Source: Clostridiaceae bacterium BRH_c20a
GTDB lineage: Bacteria > Bacillota > Peptococcia > Peptococcales > BICA1-8
Length of the DNA stretch: 64,000 nt
Direction of reading: 5' to 3'
Assembly (NCBI GenBank): GCA_000961765.1
Contig: LADT01000019.1
Coordinates: forward strand, 7,110-71,109
In this document: one piece after another, positions 53,810-62,586 of the stretch
Numbering within the stretch: position 1 is the first letter of the stretch
Layout of the letters: each line of letters starts with the position of its first letter
Translations under genes and position numbers: made by a program
Notes under the pieces: generated by a model
The model's input: the letters and a program-made list of their open reading frames with translations, nothing else
What the model was told of the DNA's origin: nothing
The model's database searches: none

Positions 53810-53888
53810 ACATTAAATAATTGTTAACTTTTAATTAAAAGCGGAATTAAACGTTTGAATTACATCTTATTATCTCCATATAATGATA

Positions 53889-53938
53889 TTGACAGTACTA
53901 CAGAACATATGGTATATTTACATTACCCCTGGGGGGTA
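53889..53938 (+). promoter_or_regulatory. promoter with GC-tract palindrome (CsoR/RcnR-type operator architecture)
   Basis: TTGACA-N18-TATATT, then TACCCC-T-GGGGGGTA (53924-53938) over the predicted transcription start. Confidence 0.5.
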
Positions 53939-53964
53939 TAATAAATATAAGAGGTGTCCAGGTA

Positions 53965-54150
53965 ATGAAAATTAATATTAATAAAAACAGATGCCCGCAG
54001 AATCATAGATGTCCTTCCGTGAAAGTTTGTCCCACGGGTGCTATTATCCAAAAGGGCAATAATTGTCCAGAAATTGATGAAGAAAAATGTATCAGTTGTA
54101 CTAAATGTGTTAGCTATTGCCCTATGCAAGTTTTTAAACTTGCTATTTAA
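53965..54150 (+). CDS. small 4Fe-4S ferredoxin-domain protein
   Basis: 61 aa; CPQNHRCPSVKVCP and CISCTKCVSYCP cysteine clusters. Confidence 0.75.
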   Translation: MKININKNRCPQNHRCPSVKVCPTGAIIQKGNNCPEIDEEKCISCTKCVSYCPMQVFKLAI

Positions 54151-54193
54151 TATGATGGGGACACCATTGTCCCAGGTATAACACCCTCTTCCC

Positions 54194-54221
54194 AGACCTG
54201 TTGAGTGCAGGTCTTTTTTTT
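54194..54221 (+). terminator. Rho-independent terminator
   Basis: AGACCTG-TTGAGTG-CAGGTCT followed by T8. Confidence 0.85.
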
Positions 54222-54265
54222 ATCTAAAAACTCTGATAAGCTAACAATAGTCTAAAAACATAACT

Positions 54266-54329
54266 AAGGTTAAGGTTGAGGTTAAGAAATATTTAACCTT
54301 AACCTAGCGAAGCGAAACCTTAACCTTAT
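54266..54329. repeat. hexamer-array hairpin element
   Basis: AAGGTT AAGGTT GAGGTT AAG - AAATAT - TTAACCTTAACCTAGCGAAGCGAAACCTTAACCTTA. Confidence 0.95.
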
Positions 54330-54336
54330 ATTTGGG

Positions 54337-56235
54337 GTGGATAGCTTGATTGTATTGCAAGGAAAAAACTTAACCAAGTCCTATGGGGTTGAAACAGTTT
54401 TTGAAGACGTAAGCTTTATTATCACCGAAGGGGAAAAAATAGGCTTAGTGGGACCAAACGGGGCTGGTAAAACAACTTTGTTTCGCTGTTTAACAGGAGA
54501 AGAGCATTTGGGCGGAGGAGAAGTTACCATAGGTAACAAATACACCATGGGCTATCTCGAACAAATTCCTAATTACCCTCTAGGGACCGCTCTTATGGAT
54601 TGTGTTTTGGATAGCTTTGCCGACGTTTTCCAAATGCGGGATCATTTACGGAGCCTAGAAAAAGAAATGGGAGAAAGGTCAGGCAAGGACCTGGATAAGC
54701 TATTAGATAAATATAGTCTGTTAACCCATGAATATGAAGAAGCTGGCGGCTTCAGCTGTGAGGCAATTGCCCGTCGTATTATAAAGGGGCTAGGGTTTAA
54801 AGATGAGGATTTGAATAGGGATGTCAATACCTTTAGCGGCGGGGAAAAAACCAGAGCGGGCTTAGCCCGACTTTTAGTACGGGAGCCGGATCTCCTGCTT
54901 TTAGATGAACCTACAAATCACTTGGATTTACAAGCTTTAGAATGGCTGGAGTCATTTCTCAAGACCTATCGGGGTGCGGTATTTTTAATATCCCATGATC
55001 GTTATTTTCTTGATGAGGTAGTGAACAAAGTCTTTGAGCTTGATAATAAACAACTAAAAACTTTCTCTGGTAACTACAGTAAATATTTAGTATTAAAAAA
55101 AGAACAGGAACTGGCCCAAGCAAAGGCTTATGAAAAACAGCAGAAGGAAATACAAAAAATAGAAGAGTATATATTGAAATATAAGGCAGGTATAAAGTCC
55201 AAACAAGCCCGGGGAAGGGCCAGCCAATTATCAAGACTTGAGAGAATTGAAAAGCTCCCTGGGCAAAATTCTTTTGAACTTAAAGCTGGTGCACCAGGAG
55301 AAACAGGAGATATTGTTCTGCAGGCAATAGAGTTAGAGATGGCTTATGATGGGACGAAACTTTTTTCCGGGCTTAACGTCAATATATATAAAGGAGAAAA
55401 GGTGGCTTTAATTGGCGGTAATGGCACAGGCAAATCAACAATTTTAAAGCTAGCAACAGGTAGCCTTTTACCTAAACAAGGACTAGTTACTCTAGGTTCC
55501 CGGGTAAAAGTGGGATATTTTGACCAAGAGCATAAAAACCTGGATAAAAATAAAAGGGTTATCGATGAAATTATGGATAATTACGCCTTGAATGAAGGGC
55601 AAGCCCGAAACAAACTGGCTCAAGTTCTTTTTCAGGATGAGGATGTTTTTAAAAAAGTGGCTGATTTAAGTGGGGGCGAGAAAGGTCGATTATCTATCTT
55701 AAAGATTATTCTTGATGAGCCAAACTTTTTGATCTTAGATGAGCCTACTAATCACTTAGATATTTCTTCCCAAGAAGCTGTTGAGGATTTTTTAAGCGAT
55801 TTTCCCGGTACACTCTTGATTGTCTCCCATGATAGATTTTTGTTAGAAAAGATTACCCAGCGAACCTTAGAGTTAGAAAAGGGAGTACTGAATAATTACT
55901 TAGGCAGCTATTCCTATTACAAAGAAAAAAAGGATGAACTTCAGCGGCTTAAGGATGAGGAACAAAATCAGAAAGTAAAGGTGACTGTTAAAGTCCAGGA
56001 GAAACCAAAAGTCAATAAATCCAAGCTTAGGGAAGAAATTAAGAACTTGGAGGTAAAAATTCAAAGCTTAGAACAGTTTAAAGAAACTCTAAGTGGAGAA
56101 TTAGCTGATCCTAATACCTATCAAGATGAAGAAAAAAGCAGACTAAAAGTAGCAGAGTTTAAAAGAACAGAAGAAGAACTGCCAATGTTATATGAAGAAT
56201 GGGAAAGACTATGTATTATACTGGAAGAAGCATGA
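54337..56235 (+). CDS. ABC-F family ATPase (two NBDs, no TM domain)
   Basis: 632 aa; GPNGAGKTT and GGNGTGKST, two LSGGE signatures, charged linker and C-terminal coiled coil. Confidence 0.93.
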   Translation: MDSLIVLQGKNLTKSYGVETVFEDVSFIITEGEKIGLVGPNGAGKTTLFRCLTGEEHLGGGEVTIGNKYTMGYLEQIPNYPLGTALMDCVLDSFADVFQMRDHLRSLEKEMGERSGKDLDKLLDKYSLLTHEYEEAGGFSCEAIARRIIKGLGFKDEDLNRDVNTFSGGEKTRAGLARLLVREPDLLLLDEPTNHLDLQALEWLESFLKTYRGAVFLISHDRYFLDEVVNKVFELDNKQLKTFSGNYSKYLVLKKEQELAQAKAYEKQQKEIQKIEEYILKYKAGIKSKQARGRASQLSRLERIEKLPGQNSFELKAGAPGETGDIVLQAIELEMAYDGTKLFSGLNVNIYKGEKVALIGGNGTGKSTILKLATGSLLPKQGLVTLGSRVKVGYFDQEHKNLDKNKRVIDEIMDNYALNEGQARNKLAQVLFQDEDVFKKVADLSGGEKGRLSILKIILDEPNFLILDEPTNHLDISSQEAVEDFLSDFPGTLLIVSHDRFLLEKITQRTLELEKGVLNNYLGSYSYYKEKKDELQRLKDEEQNQKVKVTVKVQEKPKVNKSKLREEIKNLEVKIQSLEQFKETLSGELADPNTYQDEEKSRLKVAEFKRTEEELPMLYEEWERLCIILEEA

Positions 56236-56269
56236 TTTTACATTCAGAGCAGCGGGATGTAAAAAGAGT

Positions 56270-56588
56270 GTGTCCAGTGCCCAGTGCTCAGTGCTCAGGA
56301 AATGACAGTACTTCAGGGATAGAATTTTGCGTCTGACATACACAACGGTAATATTATTGGTCTGACAATACTTCCGGATGAATATCGTGCGTCTGACACA
56401 AGCATTGCATGTCTATTCTGTAGACGATAGACGATGGACACGAAATTAAAATGTAGAATTGTAGAATTTAGAATTTAGAATGGAGAAAACACGGACCATT
56501 AGGGTTACATGAATAATAAGAAATAAGATTAGAGACCATAGACCATAGACCATAGACCATAGACCATAGACCATAGACCATAGACTAG
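56270..56588. repeat. large composite repeat element
   Basis: CAGTGCY x3 (56275-56295); TG(C)GTCTGACA x3 at about 30-nt spacing (56328, 56358, 56388); TAGACGA x2; TAGAATK x4 (56454-56482); core GAGAAAACACGGACCATTAGGGTTACAT (56483-56510); GACCATA x7 (56534-56582). Confidence 0.95.
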
Positions 56589-56611
56589 CCACTAACACGA
56601 GGAGGATTATT

Positions 56612-56929
56612 ATGGAGTATACTTTTCCCCGAGTAAATGATGGGAATTTTTTCGAAGTCATTTCCTTGAACCAGAAAGTATTAATAGTTTTTTCTTCTCC
56701 AAGCTGTGGGAGATGCATCATTGCTAAGCAACATCTAAAAGACATACTTCCTAATTTTAAGGATATGGTAGTATTTGAATGCAAAGTTGAAGATGCGCCA
56801 AATACTGTAGAAAAATATAAAGTTACCAGTGTGCCGCAAATAAAGCTTTTTCAAAAGGGTGAACCGACATACACAGCTTTTGGTATATTGAACTCTCAAC
56901 ACTTATATTACGATTTGAAAATGACTTAG
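56612..56929 (+). CDS. thioredoxin-fold protein
   Basis: 105 aa; CGRC active-site-like motif in VFSSPSCGRCIIAK; VPQIKLF. Confidence 0.75.
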   Translation: MEYTFPRVNDGNFFEVISLNQKVLIVFSSPSCGRCIIAKQHLKDILPNFKDMVVFECKVEDAPNTVEKYKVTSVPQIKLFQKGEPTYTAFGILNSQHLYYDLKMT

Positions 56930-56962
56930 GTGGCTTATTGCATACAGAAGGAGGCAGAAGAA

Positions 56963-57409
56963 ATGAAAAAGAATGTATTTCTTGCACTATTATTTTTAAT
57001 AATTATTGGTCTTATCATAGGATGTACAAGCCCTAAAGAAGAGCCCAAAACTCCGGAGCAAATTGCTGAGGAGGAGTACCAGGACTTTGAAAACCACGCT
57101 ATAAAGATAGCTAAAGAGTTTGTCGTGGCAACTCAAGGGGATAAAGAGAAAATAAAAGAGTTGAGCTTCCCTGCCTTACTTAAAGATATAGAAGAGAAAA
57201 ATTGGAGCATTATGCTTGTTGAGGAAATAAAAATAAAACCGGAGACCTTTGAGGCTGCTACGGAAAAGCTGGGGCAGAAGCAGGTTTTAATTCGCCTTTT
57301 CTACGAAGGAGATATGAATATGGAGGGCGAAATCATTTCTGTTAAATTATCCAGTAAACTTGGTGTTATTGAAATAGATGGTAAGCCTGTAATCTTTTCG
57401 GTAGAATAG
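56963..57409 (+). CDS. lipoprotein, unknown function
   Basis: ATG 56963 with SD AAGGAGG; signal peptide MKKNVFLALLFLIIIGLIIGC with lipobox. Confidence 0.75.
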   Translation: MKKNVFLALLFLIIIGLIIGCTSPKEEPKTPEQIAEEEYQDFENHAIKIAKEFVVATQGDKEKIKELSFPALLKDIEEKNWSIMLVEEIKIKPETFEAATEKLGQKQVLIRLFYEGDMNMEGEIISVKLSSKLGVIEIDGKPVIFSVE

Positions 57410-57422
57410 CAAGACATCAGCA

Positions 57423-57452
57423 AAAAAACCTGCAGAAAGTGCAGGTTTTTTT
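57423..57452 (+). terminator. Rho-independent terminator
   Basis: AAAAAACCTGCA-GAAAG-TGCAGGTTTTTT. Confidence 0.88.
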
Positions 57453-57513
57453 GCAACCTTTTTTCCATTTTGGTAGTCAAACTAGTAGAGGAAGAGATCA
57501 GGGGGGCCTAATA

Positions 57514-58056
57514 TTGGCTGAAGATATATTAATAAAAGGCTTAAAGAAGGGTCAGGAGGAGGCTTTTTCCCGGCTTCTTGATACATATGGAAATAAAGTC
57601 TTGCAGACTGCATTTTTTTATTTAAAAAGTAGGGAATTAGCCCAGGATATTTGCCAGGAAGTTTTACTAACTGTTTTTAAGGAAATAAAAAACTTCAAGG
57701 GGGAATCCTCCCTATATACTTGGATTTATAGGATTACCGTCAATAAGTGTTATGACTTTTCTAAGCAAAAGAAAAACCAGCACGAAATATTAATTGATAT
57801 GGAGACTGTTGCAGAAAAGGATTTAGGTCAACCAACTGATGAACAGGTATTAAAAAAACTTGAACAAGAGAGTATCCGTAAGGCTCTTCAAAAACTGGAC
57901 TTTACATACCGGGAAGTAATATTTCTCTTTTACTATCAGCGCTTAAAGATTGAGGAAATGGCTGAAATTCTTAATTGTCAACCAGGTACAGTAAAAAGCA
58001 GGTTATCTAGGGGCCGGGAAAGATTAAAACAAATTCTGGTTGAGGAGGTTTTATAG
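57514..58056 (+). CDS. ECF-type sigma-70 family sigma factor
   Basis: TTG 57514 after SD GGGGGG (the ORF-track start 57439 lies in the terminator); region 2 YRITVNKCYDF, region 4 MAEILNCQPGTVKSRLSRGRERL. Confidence 0.85.
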   Translation: MAEDILIKGLKKGQEEAFSRLLDTYGNKVLQTAFFYLKSRELAQDICQEVLLTVFKEIKNFKGESSLYTWIYRITVNKCYDFSKQKKNQHEILIDMETVAEKDLGQPTDEQVLKKLEQESIRKALQKLDFTYREVIFLFYYQRLKIEEMAEILNCQPGTVKSRLSRGRERLKQILVEEVL

Positions 58057-58057
58057 T

Positions 58058-58393
58058 ATGGCAGAAAGACTTGAGCAGAATAAGAATCTTGATGAGCTTA
58101 TTGAGGATTGTTTAATAGCCGATTTTTCTAAGATTAAGCTAAGTGAGTCAGAAATTAAACAGATTAAATCAAAGCTGCCTAAAAAGTGGTGGCAGAAAAC
58201 AATAGAATTATCCAAGAGTAAGGCTCTGACCGCTGGGGTTATGGGTGCAATTATATATGGCTATGTACTGGCTCAATTTGTCTGGGTATCACCTCAAGAC
58301 CTAGAGGCTAATAAGCTTAATGACTTTTATATTGAACAAAAGATTGGTGAACAGGTTGTTCGGATTAGTCTTAATTCTAGTGGAGGTAAATAG
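58058..58393 (+). CDS. putative single-pass anti-sigma factor
   Basis: 111 aa from ATG 58058 (SD GAGGAGG), immediately after the sigma gene; one TM helix ALTAGVMGAIIYGYVLAQFVWV. Confidence 0.55.
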   Translation: MAERLEQNKNLDELIEDCLIADFSKIKLSESEIKQIKSKLPKKWWQKTIELSKSKALTAGVMGAIIYGYVLAQFVWVSPQDLEANKLNDFYIEQKIGEQVVRISLNSSGGK

Positions 58394-58395
58394 CT

Positions 58396-60576
58396 ATGGC
58401 TAAATATAAAGTGAAAATAATTAACATGGTAGTAATAATAATACTGGTTCTGGTGGGGACATATTTTTTATTGCCCAACCTGCTCTTCGGTATGGCCAGA
58501 TCCTATGCTGAGGAGCCGGAACAAAAAGAAAGAGCTCAAATTCTCTACCAGAGAATTGTGGAATATTTCCCCAAAAGTTATACTGCACCAGAGGCGTTGT
58601 ACTGGCTGGCGTTGAGTATTGAACCCCCTTCCTATGGAAGTTTTAGTGGGGGGGGAGTGATTATTACCAAACATATGACAACATCCTCCATGGATCAGAT
58701 GGAAGGGGTAGGTATTGATGTTGCCATTAATTCCTATAAGAAATTATTAGAAAGCTATCCAAAATCCCAATATGCAGAATTTGTACCTTTGCGTTTAGGT
58801 GAGCTGTATTATAACCTGGGGCGGTTTACAGAAGCTGAAAAATATTTATTGCAGGGGCTAAAAAATGATAATAAGCGAAAATTTATCTCTTCTGAGTGCA
58901 ATTATAAGCTGATTGAATTATATCTTAAAATGCATCAGCCAAAAAAAGCTCTAGAGATGATTGGCGTATATCGGACAAACAACCCTACTAGTATGGTCTC
59001 TAATCTATATTTGTTAGAAGGGGATGCCTATAGGCAGTTAGGAGAATATAAAAAGGCCGAAGATACTTATAAAAAGGTATTTGATAATCTACCCAAAGAT
59101 TTACCCGAAGAAGATTTGAAGGCTAATCAGGACTTCCTTAAAGAAGAAGTAGATGCAAGATTAATTAAGAATAAGCTTGCAGAGGAAAATAATGATAACG
59201 AAAAAGGTGTTATAAAAGGGACTGTAACTAGAGAAGGTGCTCCTTTAGAGAGAGTACAAATTTTCCTAATAGATGAAAACAGGACTAGAGAAGGATTTTC
59301 TTCCCATGAAATTAAGGAGGCCCCTTATGTTTTCACTGATTTATGGGGCAACTTTGAATTCACCGGAATTATACCGGGCAGCTACAGCTTAGGATTAGGC
59401 CTTCCGAGTGCATATTTAGACGGTTATACACTAGTCCCTCGTCCCGATGCTCAGTTTGAAATTGGCGTAGGAAAGGAGATAACAACTAGCTACCAATTAG
59501 TACCATTAATTAAGACCTTAGAGCCACAAAGGGCTAGTTATCAAAAATTAGACTCTTTGACCTTTAGCTGGGAGCCGGTAATGGACGCTGCATATTATCA
59601 GCTGGAAATGGGCAGTGTTCAAAGGCGTGAAAATGGCGTAGGTTATGGCAGCAGTGTAGTAAAAGATAAAATCCCCTCAAATAAAATTACCCTAACTCAA
59701 GCCGACCTTGCCCAATCTAAAGGTATCAGCCTTGATGATGAAGGGGTTATCCCCTCATCCCTGTTTGGCATAGTATTTCCCGGAGGAGAGTTTGTCTGGA
59801 ATATTAAAGCCTTTGATCGGGATGATAATTTTTTAGCTGAAAGCTCCGGATATCAATTCCACATTGATAAAGAAAAGTTATCAACATTTTTCACTTCCGA
59901 TGAAGGGCTAATTGATGGTGACAGGCTGGTTTTAGAGAGGAAATATGATGAAGCAATCACATGGTATGAAAAATATCTCCAAGAAGATTCTTCAAATTTC
60001 CATGTTCTAAACATGTTAAGCAATCTTTATAACTATCATAAAAAAGATTGGAAGAAAACAAAGGATTATTATGAGCTGCTGTATAATTTAACTAATTCCC
60101 AAGTATATTTGGAGAAATTAGCTTTAAGTCTTTATTCTGCAGGGCAGTATCAAGAGGCCCTTCCGTATTTGAAGAAAGTAGTTGAAGATCATCAAGGTAA
60201 TTGGTATTTTCTAAATAGCTTAGGGCGAAGTTATATAATTGATGGTGATTTAAAGCAAGGGGAAAAATATTTAGCGGAGTCAGTGGCAACGGGACAATGC
60301 TCTAGAATTGATTTTGTTATATTAAAAGCAGCACAAGGAAAATGGCAGGAAGCCTATAGTATATTGCATAAACTCGATAAGAAGTATCTCAATAATTTTG
60401 CTCCACTGGAATTGATTCTCAAGGATTTAATCCAAGAAAAGCCTACAATGCCAATCGGTTGGAATCAGTATCTTTTGGAATTAATTAAAAACCCTAAGGA
60501 AACAAAAAAAATAGAAAAACATTGGGATAATGTTAAATTAAATGAGTTGGTACAAGTTTTTATCAAAAGTATTTAA
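58396..60576 (+). CDS. membrane-anchored TPR-repeat protein with carboxypeptidase-regulatory-like beta-sandwich
   Basis: 726 aa; N-terminal TM helix; TPR-like helical repeats at both ends; GVIKGTVTREGAPLERVQIFLID..FEFTGIIPGSYSL. Confidence 0.75.
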   Translation: MAKYKVKIINMVVIIILVLVGTYFLLPNLLFGMARSYAEEPEQKERAQILYQRIVEYFPKSYTAPEALYWLALSIEPPSYGSFSGGGVIITKHMTTSSMDQMEGVGIDVAINSYKKLLESYPKSQYAEFVPLRLGELYYNLGRFTEAEKYLLQGLKNDNKRKFISSECNYKLIELYLKMHQPKKALEMIGVYRTNNPTSMVSNLYLLEGDAYRQLGEYKKAEDTYKKVFDNLPKDLPEEDLKANQDFLKEEVDARLIKNKLAEENNDNEKGVIKGTVTREGAPLERVQIFLIDENRTREGFSSHEIKEAPYVFTDLWGNFEFTGIIPGSYSLGLGLPSAYLDGYTLVPRPDAQFEIGVGKEITTSYQLVPLIKTLEPQRASYQKLDSLTFSWEPVMDAAYYQLEMGSVQRRENGVGYGSSVVKDKIPSNKITLTQADLAQSKGISLDDEGVIPSSLFGIVFPGGEFVWNIKAFDRDDNFLAESSGYQFHIDKEKLSTFFTSDEGLIDGDRLVLERKYDEAITWYEKYLQEDSSNFHVLNMLSNLYNYHKKDWKKTKDYYELLYNLTNSQVYLEKLALSLYSAGQYQEALPYLKKVVEDHQGNWYFLNSLGRSYIIDGDLKQGEKYLAESVATGQCSRIDFVILKAAQGKWQEAYSILHKLDKKYLNNFAPLELILKDLIQEKPTMPIGWNQYLLELIKNPKETKKIEKHWDNVKLNELVQVFIKSI

Positions 60577-60633
60577 AATAGTAACTAAGCGCTACAGAAT
60601 CTACAGGAACTAGAGTTATACCCCATTAATAGT

Positions 60634-60705
60634 AACGTATCGCAAAAAAAGCGACAGAAGTTAGGCGGCTTCCTTTTTGTATAAAATTTGAGCCATAGGT
60701 ACAAC
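60634..60705. repeat. partial copy (C) of the TA-cassette boundary repeat
   Basis: AACGTATCG.. and GTTAGGCGGCTTCCTTTTTGT..AATTTGAGCCATAGGTACAA match copy A at 61568-61662. Confidence 0.7.
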
Positions 60706-60711
60706 TGCAAC

Positions 60712-60760
60712 ATAAAAAGAGGAATGTATCTTCGTGATACTATCCTCTATTACTTTTTTT
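60712..60760. terminator. hairpin terminator downstream of the antitoxin gene
   Basis: AGAGGAATGTATC-TTCGT-GATACTATCCTCT flanked by A-run/T-run on both sides. Confidence 0.7.
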
Positions 60761-60779
60761 GCATAGCAATCTATACTTC

Positions 60780-61064
60780 TCAGTTAATCGTAATATGGAT
60801 TTCCTTGCCGAGGCTTCGGGCAACTTTGATGACAAAATCCAGTGAGGGGTTGTAGGCACCGCTTTCGAAACGGGATATATTGGATTTTTGTGTCCCAACA
60901 CGTAATGCAAGCTCTTCCTGAGTAATGTTCAGTTGATTCCGAGCATCAATGATTTGTGCGATCAAATCATAACGAGGTTTTAATTTCTCATATTCTGCCT
61001 TAAATTCCTCGTCTTTCATCAACCTTGTTTTAATATCTTCAAATTTCACTCCTGCTTTACTCAT
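60780..61064 (-). CDS. higA: XRE-family HTH antitoxin (HigA-like)
   Basis: LNITQEELALRVGTQKSNISRFESG; ATG 61064 overlaps the toxin stop by 8 nt (alternative ATG 61082). Confidence 0.85.
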   Translation of the reverse strand: MSKAGVKFEDIKTRLMKDEEFKAEYEKLKPRYDLIAQIIDARNQLNITQEELALRVGTQKSNISRFESGAYNPSLDFVIKVARSLGKEIHITIN

Positions 61065-61422
61065 CTTGACACCTTCTTTCATAATCTAATTTATAGCTCA
61101 ATGCTTTTTCAAGCTGTCGTTGGGTTGTTTTATTGGTTTTCTTTACAAAACCATGCAACAATATAAAGGTATTTTTTTCATATAGAAAGTAAAATATTCT
61201 TGTAATATCGGATGAAAACTTAACCCGCAGCTCAAACAATCCTTTATAGCGTTCACCCTTGATTGCGGTTGAAAAGGGTTCGCGGATATTGATACCCAGC
61301 TTTTTAAGCAGCAATATATCGCTGTATGCTTTGGCGCGCAGCTTTGGATTCAGCGACAACAAAAAATCTTCAACAGGGATTTCACCGTTTTCCTTTTGAT
61401 AGAATTCTATTTGCCAATCCAA
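61057..61422 (-). CDS. higB: Gp49/HigB-like RelE-superfamily toxin
   Basis: 121 aa; WQIEFYQKENGEIPVEDFL..GLFELRV..RIFYFLYEKNTFILLHGFVKKT; toxin-first gene order. Confidence 0.85.
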   Translation of the reverse strand: MDWQIEFYQKENGEIPVEDFLLSLNPKLRAKAYSDILLLKKLGINIREPFSTAIKGERYKGLFELRVKFSSDITRIFYFLYEKNTFILLHGFVKKTNKTTQRQLEKALSYKLDYERRCQDE

Positions 61423-61463
61423 ACCGCCGCCTCCTTTAATAATATATGCCTGTTATAATAATT

Positions 61464-61485
61464 ATGTTATCATATATGATAACAT
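61464..61485. promoter_or_regulatory. perfect 22-bp palindrome, likely TA autoregulatory operator
   Basis: ATGTTATCATATATGATAACAT, 42 nt upstream of the toxin start. Confidence 0.6.
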
Positions 61486-61523
61486 ATGTCAATAAATATT
61501 CACGACCTTTAAGTTCTACTAAA

Positions 61524-61662
61524 AGAGGCGCTATCCCTTTGCGGGACAACGCCTCTCTCTTGCATTTACGTATCGGTCTAGGGCATGGTTCAATAAGTTT
61601 CCCTATTGAAACGTGCCTTTAGGCGGCTTCCTTTTGTTTTTTAATTGAACCATGGGTAAGAG
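61524..61662. repeat. copy A of the ~110-bp structured boundary repeat
   Basis: AGAGGCGCTATCCCTTTGCGGGACAACGCCTCT hairpin, ..CGTATCGG.., GGTTCAATAAGTTTCCCTATTGAAAC hairpin, TTTAGGCGGCTTCC.. Confidence 0.85.
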
Positions 61663-61765
61663 TAAAGATGGTATCTATATTATCTAATATAAATATGCAC
61701 GAAAGGGCTTAGCTTCAAACGAGGCCAAGCCCTTTTAACGATAAAAACCTTTAATTTGCAGTATT

Positions 61766-62104
61766 TTACTCCATATCTATCTTCGAAAGCTGTTTTAGCT
61801 GTTCCCGCTTGCCGTAAATAACGGCGGTAACTTGCACCTTACTATTTTCTTCGTCAACCCAGAAATAAATAAGAAAGTTTTTCACAGGCATTTTACGAAC
61901 GCCACAGGTTCGCCACGGTTCTTCCTCGGTCAACGCAACCCGCTGCGGAAACTGTGAAAGCGACGAAATCAAACGTTCCATTTCGTTGAGCAACCGCAAG
62001 GCGGCTTTCGGTGCTTTTAACTCGGAAGCAATGTATTTTACGATTTCCTGCAGTTGTTCCTCCGCCTGTGTGGTGATTTTAACCGTATACGTATTGTCTG
62101 CCAT
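61766..62104 (-). CDS. parE: ParE/RelE-family toxin
   Basis: 112 aa; Y.V.IT..AE.QL.EI..YI, FPQR, FLIYFWVDEENSKVQVTAVIYGKR. Confidence 0.85.
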   Translation of the reverse strand: MADNTYTVKITTQAEEQLQEIVKYIASELKAPKAALRLLNEMERLISSLSQFPQRVALTEEEPWRTCGVRKMPVKNFLIYFWVDEENSKVQVTAVIYGKREQLKQLSKIDME

Positions 62105-62107
62105 AAG

Positions 62108-62407
62108 CTATAATCCTCGTCTTAAATCAACTAACACCTCAGAAGCTGGACGAGAATGGTCAGCTTTTGCTTCATCCAAACCATTCTGCATGATTGCATT
62201 GAACGTGTCGGCATCCATTTCATCCCGTGCCATTGGATCGGCAGGAAGCGACAGGGAAAACGGAATGCTTTTCGTCATGATAATTTGCTTGTAGAGCATA
62301 TTGATAACAACGGAAGCCGGAATCCCCAGTTTTGACATGATCGCTTCCGCTTTTTCCTTTATTTCTGGCTCGACACGAGCGAGGACATTTGCTGTTTTAG
62401 CAGCCAT
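62108..62407 (-). CDS. relB: RelB/DinJ-family antitoxin
   Basis: 99 aa; ANVLARVEPEIKEKAEAIMSKLGIPASVVINMLYKQI ribbon-helix-helix; 3-nt gap to the toxin gene. Confidence 0.85.
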   Translation of the reverse strand: MAAKTANVLARVEPEIKEKAEAIMSKLGIPASVVINMLYKQIIMTKSIPFSLSLPADPMARDEMDADTFNAIMQNGLDEAKADHSRPASEVLVDLRRGL

Positions 62408-62586
62408 AATAGCACCACCTTTCTTTTTAAATATTATATTTTATTGTATAACGTTTAGCAATACATTATTCAGCCTTATTTCTTACTCCGAATTTCAACG
62501 TTTCGAATCTTCTAACACAAAGTATTGAAATTTTAATTTTTATGCATTAAGTAATAATGGTTTAGAACTTCGCAAATAACAATAAT

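Noticed and set aside
53923-54129. 68-aa minus-strand ORF
   Set aside because: Antisense to the Cys-motif ferredoxin ORF, which has a promoter, SD and terminator.
56446-56784. 112-aa minus-strand ORF
   Set aside because: It is a translation of the heptamer arrays (..SMVYGLWSMVYGLWS..) and overlaps the thioredoxin-like gene start; an artefact.
57439-57513. N-terminal extension of the ECF sigma factor
   Set aside because: It overlaps the upstream terminator stem (57423-57452); TTG 57514 follows a GGGGGG SD.
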